The position numbers and the translations under genes are program-made. Below are positions 50,142 to 59,004 of a stretch of 64,000 bases of DNA, piece after piece. Under the pieces are notes generated by a model. That model saw only the letters and a program-made list of their open reading frames with translations. It ran no database searches and had not been told where the DNA came from. How positions within the stretch are numbered: position 1 is the first letter of the stretch; every line of letters begins with the position of its first letter. The stretch comes from Candidatus Levyibacteriota bacterium (GTDB lineage Bacteria > Patescibacteriota > Microgenomatia > Levybacterales > UBA12049): positions 3,257 to 67,256 of the forward strand of contig JBPOIT010000013.1 of NCBI GenBank assembly GCA_052034235.1, given 5' to 3'.

Positions 50142-50169
50142 ATTATAACAGCTCAGGAAATAAAGTCAA
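50142..50169 (-). promoter_or_regulatory. sigma70-type promoter of the T-box/hisG transcript
   Basis: On the minus strand: -35 TTGACT (50169..50164), 16-nt spacer, -10 TATAAT (50147..50142). Confidence 0.45.
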
Positions 50170-50189
50170 TAGATACTATAAGCTTTTAT

Positions 50190-51110
50190 CTATAAACCTA
50201 TTTTTCTGCGGATTTTATAAAATTGTTTTTTTAAATTTGTCGACTCTTCTCCAATCTTTTTATCATAAGACCAAAAATGCAGCTGTTTTGTTGATTCGTT
50301 TACCGATTCTTCAAACCCCTTTATGACATCTTCTGATTGCACCTCAGCAAAACCTTTACGTTCCCATACTTTGAGACATGTAATGAATTCGTAAAACGCT
50401 TCAAGCAGTGAAAGCACTAAACCATGAAGTCCGTCTTTATAACCTTTTCTGGCAAAATATCTGCTAAGAAATTCATGTACGGGAAGCATAAGAATATCTC
50501 GCCAATGGAATTCTTTATTCTCTTCTATGCGTTCCCGTGCAGTTATTGACGTATAATTATCAAGTTTACGAAGAAATTGTGAAATCGAATCATAATTAAA
50601 ATGAGTAAGAGCATTTTCTTCATGCGGTCCTAAATCGACAACTAATCCATGCACTTCCGCCTGAGCATGAATTTTATTGGGCCATGTTACTTTACCTTTT
50701 CTGAAAAAACGAATGTTGTAATCAGGCCACCAACCAGTATGCTGCATCCATTTATTAAAAATAATATTTTTCCTCGGTATTCGAACACATTCAGCTTTAG
50801 AAGTGCCTTCTGCAATCTCCTGAAGCTTATAGACTAAACTTTGCGGTACAATTTCATCCGCATCCACAACAAGTATCCAGTCCCCTGTTGCCTTACTAAT
50901 CGCGAAATTTCGTGAAGGTTCTACAAAACCCATATTTTTATGAGGAAAAATATGTGAAGTATATTTTTTGGCGATTTCGATCGTTTTGTCAGTTGATTCG
51001 TCATCGACAATAATTATTTCATCAGCCCATTTTACTGATTCCAAACAATCCTTAATTCGTTTTTCTTCGTTGAAGACAGTCATTACGACCGAAATAGATG
51101 GTTTATTCAT
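50190..51110 (-). CDS. GT2 family glycosyltransferase (type D paralog)
   Basis: ISVVMTVFNEEKRIKDCLESV...IIIVDDESTDKT...LVVDADEIVPQSL. Confidence 0.7.
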   Translation of the reverse strand: MNKPSISVVMTVFNEEKRIKDCLESVKWADEIIIVDDESTDKTIEIAKKYTSHIFPHKNMGFVEPSRNFAISKATGDWILVVDADEIVPQSLVYKLQEIAEGTSKAECVRIPRKNIIFNKWMQHTGWWPDYNIRFFRKGKVTWPNKIHAQAEVHGLVVDLGPHEENALTHFNYDSISQFLRKLDNYTSITARERIEENKEFHWRDILMLPVHEFLSRYFARKGYKDGLHGLVLSLLEAFYEFITCLKVWERKGFAEVQSEDVIKGFEESVNESTKQLHFWSYDKKIGEESTNLKKQFYKIRRKIGL

Positions 51111-52632
51111 GTTTTTTAAAGAGTAACCGTTTTATTGCAAAAAGTTCCTTTTTAGCAAAAAAGTAAAAAATTGAAACGTATGTTACAATTCCAAGTAAAA
51201 TAACGAGCCCCAAACTGAGAAAATCGTGTACCAGTAATTTGGTGCCGGCAAAAACAATTATACCCATTACTACTGTGCAAAACAAAGGCTTATAAATACT
51301 TTCAATAAAACTGAATTGTACGGATTGTTTGACCAGTTTTGCAGTGTAGAGAATAGTAAGCGAGATAACAAAGGTCGCAATCGCAACCCCGTTAAATCCA
51401 TAAAAATAGATTAAAATCGGTGTTAAAATCCACGTACCAATAGTCCAGATAACCATGAGTTTAAGTGTTGTTTTCACTCTTCCTGTCGCGTCAAGTATAT
51501 TTACCAGTATGCCAGAGAGTGAGGAAACTGCTGCATTGAGACAGAAGAATATCAAACTCATCACTGCTGGTTCCCATTTATGCCATTGAGGAAAATACTG
51601 GATAATATATGGCATGGTAAGCATGACACCCGTTAAAACTGGAAACATAAGACTTGCGACAAAAAAGAAAGATTTTTCAATTGCTTTTCTCAAGACTTCG
51701 GTATTATCCTGAATGCGTGAGTATGCAGAAAAGGTTACTTTGGTGACGCTATCAACAATATATCTATACGCCATAAATGCAATTCGTTGCGCAAAACCAA
51801 TATAACCAATCTCTGTGAAAGAAAGAAACTTTGTCAGAATCACAGTCAACATATCATCCTTTATTGTAGCAAGTATATTTTTGGCTTGAAATTGTGCACC
51901 AAATTTCAGATGATGTAAAGATTCTCTGTCAATTCCTATGCGTATTTTCCAAGGAGCTATCGCGTAATAAATTGGGACTGTTATAATACTCGAAACCAAG
52001 AATGCATAGGTATAACTTTCCAAACGATATCCCTGAAGAATAAGAAAAATTAACAAGACATTAAATACCAATGATTCTACAATTTGAGGAATAATAAGTT
52101 TTTCAAATTTAATTTTTCGCTCAAGAATAATCGAAGGAATTGTTTTGAACGAAGAAATAAATATTGTAGCCACTAAAGCCACCAATAATCCTTCACCGGC
52201 ATTACCCAATTGAAAGTATGATGATAGTTGATCACGAAAGGCAAGAACACCAAGGAAAATGAGCAGCGTAATACCCGACTGAAGTGTGAAACTCGTTTTT
52301 ATATCATTATCAGTTAAATCCCCCTTTTTTTGTATCAAAGCTGCACCTAAACCAAAATCTGTAAAGAAGCTGATCACCCGCTGAATTGCGATAACTGCAA
52401 CATAAATACCCACATCAGCAGGAACGAGAACACTGAGAATAATAAGCGAAGCAGTAGTTTGAATAATTTGAAGCACAAACGTCCTTGAAATCAGCGCCAA
52501 AACTCCCTGCACCGATTTTTTGCCAAGCCCTAGTAGTTCATGCTCGTCCATAATGTAAATCGTACCACAGAATGAGGCTTTCGAGAACAGCCCGCATGAT
52601 AACCGGCAGATTTGCTCCAGTTTGATGCCCAA
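51103..52632 (-). CDS. Wzx/PST-family polysaccharide flippase-like membrane protein
   Basis: Polytopic with about 12-14 hydrophobic segments. LALISRTFVLQIIQTTASLIILSVLVPADVGIYVAV...GLGAALIQKKG is typical of Polysacc_synt. The true start is probably the internal Met near 52551. Confidence 0.6.
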   Translation of the reverse strand: MGIKLEQICRLSCGLFSKASFCGTIYIMDEHELLGLGKKSVQGVLALISRTFVLQIIQTTASLIILSVLVPADVGIYVAVIAIQRVISFFTDFGLGAALIQKKGDLTDNDIKTSFTLQSGITLLIFLGVLAFRDQLSSYFQLGNAGEGLLVALVATIFISSFKTIPSIILERKIKFEKLIIPQIVESLVFNVLLIFLILQGYRLESYTYAFLVSSIITVPIYYAIAPWKIRIGIDRESLHHLKFGAQFQAKNILATIKDDMLTVILTKFLSFTEIGYIGFAQRIAFMAYRYIVDSVTKVTFSAYSRIQDNTEVLRKAIEKSFFFVASLMFPVLTGVMLTMPYIIQYFPQWHKWEPAVMSLIFFCLNAAVSSLSGILVNILDATGRVKTTLKLMVIWTIGTWILTPILIYFYGFNGVAIATFVISLTILYTAKLVKQSVQFSFIESIYKPLFCTVVMGIIVFAGTKLLVHDFLSLGLVILLGIVTYVSIFYFFAKKELFAIKRLLFKKHE

Positions 52633-53257
52633 GTTCTCTTGGGTAATGAGTTACTCCAATTTCTTTGATCTTTAGTCCTTTCTTTTTTGCTTTAGCAAGA
52701 ATTTCAGTTGAAATCAGTGCTCCTTCTGAACGAAGCGGTAAAATTGTATCAACAGCGTGCCGTGTGAACATTTTAAAAGCACAATCGATATCCTTGAAGT
52801 AAAATCTGAAAAGAACTAAATCCCATACTTTTAATAAATACATTAACAATAATCGTTTAAAAAGATTTTTATCTCTCCGTTTTTTTCGGTAACCAATGAC
52901 AACATCAGCTTTATCAATTTCTTCAATAAATTTTGATATCTCTGAAAAATCAAATTGCCCATCACCGTCAGTAAAAACAACAGTATTATATTTCGTGTTT
53001 TCAAATCCAGCTTTAAGGGCAGCACCATATCCTCGGTTAGGCTGATGTGAAACAACATGCAGCCTTTTATCTTGCTTAGCAAGTCTTTTGGCAATTTTCA
53101 AGGTATCATCATAAGAACCGTCATCAACCATAACGATTTCCCATTTTGAAGCAATTTTTTCAGCAGTTTTAATTGCTGATTTAACTGTTTGTTCAATATT
53201 TTCTTCTTCGTTCCAAAAAGGAAAGAAGATTGAGAGTTCGGAGAGTTTTTTAGCCAC
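52538..53257 (-). CDS. soluble polyprenol-phosphate sugar synthase (GT2, DPM1-like)
   Basis: SIFFPFWNEEENI...IVMVDDGSYDDT...FTDGDGQFD...GYRKKRRDK...DCAFKMF. Confidence 0.75.
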   Translation of the reverse strand: MAKKLSELSIFFPFWNEEENIEQTVKSAIKTAEKIASKWEIVMVDDGSYDDTLKIAKRLAKQDKRLHVVSHQPNRGYGAALKAGFENTKYNTVVFTDGDGQFDFSEISKFIEEIDKADVVIGYRKKRRDKNLFKRLLLMYLLKVWDLVLFRFYFKDIDCAFKMFTRHAVDTILPLRSEGALISTEILAKAKKKGLKIKEIGVTHYPRELGHQTGANLPVIMRAVLESLILWYDLHYGRA

Positions 53258-54983
53258 GTTTATTAACCTTTCTGGAAAGGATTATACCAGCTAGCAGTAC
53301 AATAACTCCAGTGAGAGATAATGCATTCCCCAGCATTTCAATTGGCGTTTGTGTATAAATAACTTCAAGCGTATGTTTTCCCTGAGGAACATTCACAAGA
53401 AGCCCTTTTTTAAAATATTTAAATTCCTGCTGCTTATTGTCTATATAGACATGCCAGCCCGGGAAATAAGCAACGGAAAGTAATACTTCAGTTTGTTTTG
53501 CTGCCTCGATTTCTGCTTTGATGATGGTCGTCTTCTCACTATATGAAATTACTTTAATATTTTTATTCTCTGTTAGTTTTTGTTTTGGAACATCCTTAAT
53601 ACTGACTGGTTTTTGAAATCCTTTTGGCATATACTCATCCGAAATGAGAGAAATGTCCCATGTTAATTCTTCTTTACTCGTAAAGTCTTTTGCTGTTTTT
53701 TCATAAATTTTATCAGGGGCAAATAATTTTCCGTTAAAAACAATAATCGCTGCTATGATAACGATTCCTGCCGCAATCTGCACTGTTGATTTTTTCTGTA
53801 AGAGTACAAAGATCGCCCCTCCCAGGAACGAAAGACAAAAAGTTATAAGGAGTAAGAATCTCCATGGGAATTGAAAAAATGCCATGTGCGGAATGCTATC
53901 CCAAATAAATTTAGAAAATTGGCTAGTTAGAAAAATCGAAAAGACTGCAACCAGTATGGATAAGAGAATTGCGAAGCGCACGCGTTTTTGCGCTCGATAG
54001 ATATATAAAGGGATGAGAGATAATAAAGCTAAGAGAATATGTAATTTGCCAATTTTAAAAGACATCCCGTCTAAACAGCCAGGTGCCGAACCTGCAAATC
54101 CCCACTGACTTTCCCATAATTGGCTGAGACAGAGAAAGTGATCTTTATAATCTGAGCCACCGCCAACAACAGATAATACGTTGGTGTATTGCATTTCAAA
54201 GAGGACTGGCAGCCAATAAAACCCAGAGAGCAAAATACCAAGAAGAAAACTCAGAAGAATAAAAAATGATTTAATAGTCTGAAATTTAAATCTGGCGATA
54301 GAATAGAGCAAGATTGCAAAACCAAACAAAAATGGGGTTACCATCATGGCAGTCAGGTTATGAGAAACAACAATCGCACAGTACCCTAAAGCAGCAGCAG
54401 CAATCCAATACCATACATTGCTTTGACTTTTGGTTTTTGATTTTGAGTCAGTTTTTTTTGTTACATTCTCAAAGATTTTATAGAGTGCAAGAAACGCAAG
54501 TGGTAGAAATCCATATGCCCATAACTCCCCAATTGCTCCACGTACATAAATATTTAGTGCGTGATACGGAGCATACATATAGAGCATTGCTGCGACAATC
54601 CCTCCAATTTTGCCCCAGAATTCTTTAGCTAGAAGATACATAAAGATTCCGGCAAGAAGTGTCCCTAGTCCTATCATAATTTTTGTGGCGATTAAACTAT
54701 CAAAGCCGAGCAGATTGAAAATTCCGCCGACATAATAAGCAAGCGGGCCGTAAAAATTAAAAATTGGATATCCATAGTTATAACCCAGGTCTGGAACCCA
54801 ACGTACTGGAAACATACCATCGGCAAGTGCAGTTTTCATTTCATAAACTCTCGCTACTTGTGTATCGTCGTGTACTCGAAAAAATCCTGCAGAAAAAAGT
54901 GGTTTGACAGCAAAGAAAGAAAGTACAATAACGAGTATTAGGGCAGCATATTTTTTAAAATAGTTCATTTTTAAATTATACAT
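53250..54983 (-). CDS. YfhO-like polytopic GT-C-type membrane protein with C-terminal extracytoplasmic domain and terminal TM (type F paralog)
   Basis: 577 aa with FRVHDDTQVARVYEM, YVRGAIGE, YFPGWHVYIDNKQQE and a final helix LTGVIVLLAGIIL. It overlaps the downstream DPM1-like gene by 8 nt. Confidence 0.4.
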   Translation of the reverse strand: MYNLKMNYFKKYAALILVIVLSFFAVKPLFSAGFFRVHDDTQVARVYEMKTALADGMFPVRWVPDLGYNYGYPIFNFYGPLAYYVGGIFNLLGFDSLIATKIMIGLGTLLAGIFMYLLAKEFWGKIGGIVAAMLYMYAPYHALNIYVRGAIGELWAYGFLPLAFLALYKIFENVTKKTDSKSKTKSQSNVWYWIAAAALGYCAIVVSHNLTAMMVTPFLFGFAILLYSIARFKFQTIKSFFILLSFLLGILLSGFYWLPVLFEMQYTNVLSVVGGGSDYKDHFLCLSQLWESQWGFAGSAPGCLDGMSFKIGKLHILLALLSLIPLYIYRAQKRVRFAILLSILVAVFSIFLTSQFSKFIWDSIPHMAFFQFPWRFLLLITFCLSFLGGAIFVLLQKKSTVQIAAGIVIIAAIIVFNGKLFAPDKIYEKTAKDFTSKEELTWDISLISDEYMPKGFQKPVSIKDVPKQKLTENKNIKVISYSEKTTIIKAEIEAAKQTEVLLSVAYFPGWHVYIDNKQQEFKYFKKGLLVNVPQGKHTLEVIYTQTPIEMLGNALSLTGVIVLLAGIILSRKVNKRG

Positions 54984-55028
54984 CTTTACTCTTGTATACG
55001 TGGTCTTTTGGGTAACTTTTATATTTTC

Positions 55029-56546
55029 TCATTCTGAGAGTAACTGATAAACAGTATGATATGTATCCTTTTCTATCTTTTGATATTGATATATCTTTTT
55101 AACGGGCCATGCTTTTGGAGCTTCACCTGTAAATCTGCAACTTGAACACGATTGATAAAAAACAACATATGTTGGCATTTTTTTACTCATTTCAATAAGT
55201 TCTTGAGGAGGATTATCTTCAACTGGCCATATCCCTTCAATAGTTATATTTGGATTGTCATGCAAATAAATTTCAAGTGCGTATGGAAGGAGACCAAACG
55301 TACCGCCAGTCGCTACATATATTCTTTTGTTTTTACTTTCTTTTTCTAAAAGAGCAACTGTCTCAGCAACTCCTCCCCCAGCAGGCCATGCTCTGTAATA
55401 CTGATTAAGATCAGATCTTGCGATTGAAGCTTTATCAAAGTCTGTCAGAATGAACATATCTGTAATGACATATGGAAGCATAAAAACAAAGAGAATTCCA
55501 GCTTTTATCCACCTATTAGGTAATCCATGAAGAATGGTATAAAAAGAAAATGCCCCTAATGCTAAAAGCGGCATTGTCATAAATAAAATATATCGAGGGT
55601 ATAATAATTTACCAAATGTCGCTAGTGCAATAAATGGAATGATAAACCAAGCAAAGAGTAATAATTTTTCTCTCAGATATTTTTTGCCGATAAAAAAAGA
55701 AGCAAAAATAAAAATAAGGACAGGTACCTCCGTGTAATCAACAAGCCATCCCCAAAGCGTAATGATATTCGGAGTAAGAAAAGTGAATGGATGCTGAATC
55801 CATTCATTAAATGGATAAACAAAAACTGCGTCTTTTTGAGCTACGATATAAAAGAATGGTGAGAGACGCAATAACGCGTAAATTGCTTGCGCGATAAAAA
55901 CCGCGATAAAGGCACAGATACCCCATCTTATTAATTTCTTTTTCCAAACCTTATCTTTAAAATTAAAGAGGAAGAGTGAAAATGGAAGGAGAATTACTGC
56001 AAAATTTGCACTTGATTTATTGAGGAGTCCTATCCCAATAACGACACCCAACAAAACTGCTAAACGAAAATCTCGTTTTCTTACCAGAAGAATTTCTATA
56101 TATAACGACCAAATAATAAATGCCGCAACTAACGAATCATAGAGCGCAATCCTGTCATAAACGAGTGCAAATGGGTAGAGTAAATACAGAAATGACGCAA
56201 CAATAGCAATTTTTTTACTACGGAATAATTCTTTTGTGAGAAAGAATAATCCCACCATAGAAGCCAAACCTGCCATTACAGAAACCAGTCTGCCAGCAAG
56301 AAGTGGATCGGAAATGACATACATATTTAGCATGGCTAGCCAAACAAACAGTGGTTGCTTTCCGTCAGTGAGCGAAATAAAAATCCAATCAGGATCATTT
56401 CCAGCTATCTGCGCCCAACGAAGGTAAATTGCTTCATCAGTAAAAATTGGAAAAGCTGTAATATTTGCAAGCCTGGTAAAAAGATATACTGCAAGAAATC
56501 CAAAACCAAGGATCCAAAGAATTTGTTTTTTATGTAATCGCGTCAT
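55029..56546 (-). CDS. GT-C family integral-membrane glycosyltransferase, ArnT/GT83-like (type A paralog of 560..2128)
   Basis: AFPIFTDEAIYLRWAQ DE motif, then LYPFALVYDRIALYD. 505 aa polytopic. Confidence 0.6.
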   Translation of the reverse strand: MTRLHKKQILWILGFGFLAVYLFTRLANITAFPIFTDEAIYLRWAQIAGNDPDWIFISLTDGKQPLFVWLAMLNMYVISDPLLAGRLVSVMAGLASMVGLFFLTKELFRSKKIAIVASFLYLLYPFALVYDRIALYDSLVAAFIIWSLYIEILLVRKRDFRLAVLLGVVIGIGLLNKSSANFAVILLPFSLFLFNFKDKVWKKKLIRWGICAFIAVFIAQAIYALLRLSPFFYIVAQKDAVFVYPFNEWIQHPFTFLTPNIITLWGWLVDYTEVPVLIFIFASFFIGKKYLREKLLLFAWFIIPFIALATFGKLLYPRYILFMTMPLLALGAFSFYTILHGLPNRWIKAGILFVFMLPYVITDMFILTDFDKASIARSDLNQYYRAWPAGGGVAETVALLEKESKNKRIYVATGGTFGLLPYALEIYLHDNPNITIEGIWPVEDNPPQELIEMSKKMPTYVVFYQSCSSCRFTGEAPKAWPVKKIYQYQKIEKDTYHTVYQLLSE

Positions 56547-57739
56547 AGGTGTTTTTTCTTTGCTTTAAGATGTTTTTTTTCTTTCATAAGGCTCCATATA
56601 GCAAGATTATACATAAACGGCAGAACGACTAGCAAATATCTTGGCCATGTTGGAACAACTGATAGGAAAATCAAATAAATAATAATCCAAATTGCACACA
56701 ACACAATAGGCTCTTTTATCTGTTCACGAATAATCTTATAGAGTGCATAAAGTGAGAGCAGAACAAGAAGAGGCCATCCAAGATGCCATTCTGAGACATT
56801 CATATACTCCCCCCACCATGTATGCCATTTACCAGTAAATAATATTTCCCATGGAGCCATGAATGATCCTTGTGCACCACTGCTGTAGAAATTGATAATC
56901 CATTTTTGAACACCCAGAAATTCAGTAAAAGAATTGCCGAGAATAAAAAATTGAATATACGTTACGGTAAAGACCACGCCTGCAATAGGTAAACTAATCG
57001 TGTACTTTTTAAAAAGTTTATATTGCTTCGTAAGTATGAGATAGAAAACTGATAAAGCTATGACAAGTGGGAAAGTTGATGCAGCAGATTTAGTAGCCGC
57101 CGCAAGACCGAGCATAATTGAAGATCTGATTAACTGCTTTTTAATAAGAAAAGTCATTGCAAGAAGTAACAATCCAAGGAAAAGTAAATCGAGAAACGGT
57201 GCACGAAGTTGTGTATAGAAGAGCGGTTCAAATGAGAAAAAGAGTACTGGTAGAAAAGAAAGCACGCGATCTTTAAATATTTGCATACTAAAAAGATAAA
57301 GTGCACCAAGTGCAAAAAGACCGCTTAAAAGAGCAAATATATTTTGATTTTTAAAGACAACTTCTGATAAACCGATAAGGTATTTCCCAAAAGGTGGAAC
57401 TTCTGCATTGAGTAATGTCGGATCACGTCCATGGATATATTCCCACCCAGCATAGGTATAGAGACTATCATCACCAATTGATTGCTTTTTAAAATCATTG
57501 CCTTTTTTCCCCTCTTCACTTTTTGCATACCAATGATCGTCCCAGACGCAGGTAAATGGATTCACATGCGGGTCTAAATTCTCACATGCGGGCTTGGTAC
57601 TCCATTGAGAATATTCGTAACGTTCTTTCCAGAAATCCGGATCATATGGGGTAAGATATTCTTGTCTATATTCAAATATCCGAAAACCTAGGTGTATTGA
57701 AAAAAGGACGACGAGTAAAAGAAATACTTTTTGTTTCAT
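56543..57739 (-). CDS. GT39/PMT-like GT-C membrane glycosyltransferase (type B paralog of 31204..32370)
   Basis: NAEVPPFGKYLIG, SFEPLF and WHTWWGEY blocks shared with 31204..32370. Confidence 0.5.
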   Translation of the reverse strand: MKQKVFLLLVVLFSIHLGFRIFEYRQEYLTPYDPDFWKERYEYSQWSTKPACENLDPHVNPFTCVWDDHWYAKSEEGKKGNDFKKQSIGDDSLYTYAGWEYIHGRDPTLLNAEVPPFGKYLIGLSEVVFKNQNIFALLSGLFALGALYLFSMQIFKDRVLSFLPVLFFSFEPLFYTQLRAPFLDLLFLGLLLLAMTFLIKKQLIRSSIMLGLAAATKSAASTFPLVIALSVFYLILTKQYKLFKKYTISLPIAGVVFTVTYIQFFILGNSFTEFLGVQKWIINFYSSGAQGSFMAPWEILFTGKWHTWWGEYMNVSEWHLGWPLLVLLSLYALYKIIREQIKEPIVLCAIWIIIYLIFLSVVPTWPRYLLVVLPFMYNLAIWSLMKEKKHLKAKKKHL

Positions 57740-59004
57740 AGTTTTTTTGTGAGCTTTTGTTTTTTATGCGCTTTTACAAAGGCATATTGTTTGTAAGAGA
57801 AGATAACAGCGAAAACAAAAAAAGATACGCTATAACTGAAAAAATTTATATCAGATAAGATTTGAGGGATTGGCTTGTCCCAATTCCCAACAAAAAGATA
57901 CGGTACATAATTTAATAATGCTGCAAAAGAAATAATTATTGAAGGAATAAGAACGTAATATCTATGCGCGAGAAAAACTGCAAAAGGAAATATTGCCAGG
58001 AGATACCATGGTTGAAAATTTGAAATTGTAGATTCCACATATACACCTATGACCATAAGCAGCAATCCAATTGTCATGAGCGGTTCCCAATGCAATTCTT
58101 TTTTTCTCCACAAGAACAAATGCATCAGGAGGAAAACCGGTGCGATAAAAGCAGTAACAAATTTCACACCAACAGATAAAGCAAAGAGGATATATGCAAA
58201 AATATATTTTTTAGTCAGTAATAAATAAAATGCCCACAGACTCAAAAACATCATAACAATATCTAAATGTCCACTCACCAAACTTTCAATCAGTACCAAT
58301 GGATTAAGCGCGAAGAAAATTAAACCAAAAACTTCTCTATCTGGTGCAAGTTTTTGAAAGATTTTACCGATAAAATAAGAGCATCCTATGAAACTTGCTA
58401 CCATAAGGAATTTGAAAAGAAAAAATGTCGGTAGAAAAAACTGCATACCTACAAATGATAAAGGCAGAGAAATACCAAGCCAAACCGGACCATACGGATA
58501 TACTCGATGAGTCCATCTCATAAAAGAGAGCATCGGATCCCCCGGATAATCAAGTGCTTTATGTTCATATGGATTTTCATGATACTGCGTGACAATCTTT
58601 GCATCAAAAATGTAATTAAACATATCATACGAAAATGCATTGTAGGAAAAAACTAAAAGAAGTGCCGAAATAATTATCGATGACCAGACGAACGGTTTGC
58701 CAATTTTCTTCTTGTGAGCTAATCGAAGAATTACAGCATAAAATATATAAAGAAGTACAACAATACTTATATAAAGAAGTGTCGATAGCGGCCTGTCAAA
58801 ATAGCCTATGCGTTGGAATGCAGTCGTGATTGTGCGTAGGACTTCTATTCGGGAGAATGTAAGACTCAAATCTACCTGAGTAAACGAATAAAGAAATAAT
58901 CCTAGAAGTACAATGCTGTAAAGGAAAAGAAGTATTTTTTCTCTATTCTGTAATTTTATTAAGACTCCAAACATATGCCACTTTCTAACACCCATCCACA
59001 TCAC
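57736..59004 (-). CDS. polytopic membrane protein, GT87/DUF2029-like (PimE-type polyprenol-P-mannose-dependent mannosyltransferase-like)
   Basis: 422 aa hydrophobic throughout. HENPYEHKALDYPGDP loop and LNPLVLIESLVSGHLD (NP...GH.D pattern). The start is probably ATG at 59001 after AGGTG. Confidence 0.35.
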   Translation of the reverse strand: MMWMGVRKWHMFGVLIKLQNREKILLFLYSIVLLGLFLYSFTQVDLSLTFSRIEVLRTITTAFQRIGYFDRPLSTLLYISIVVLLYIFYAVILRLAHKKKIGKPFVWSSIIISALLLVFSYNAFSYDMFNYIFDAKIVTQYHENPYEHKALDYPGDPMLSFMRWTHRVYPYGPVWLGISLPLSFVGMQFFLPTFFLFKFLMVASFIGCSYFIGKIFQKLAPDREVFGLIFFALNPLVLIESLVSGHLDIVMMFLSLWAFYLLLTKKYIFAYILFALSVGVKFVTAFIAPVFLLMHLFLWRKKELHWEPLMTIGLLLMVIGVYVESTISNFQPWYLLAIFPFAVFLAHRYYVLIPSIIISFAALLNYVPYLFVGNWDKPIPQILSDINFFSYSVSFFVFAVIFSYKQYAFVKAHKKQKLTKKL

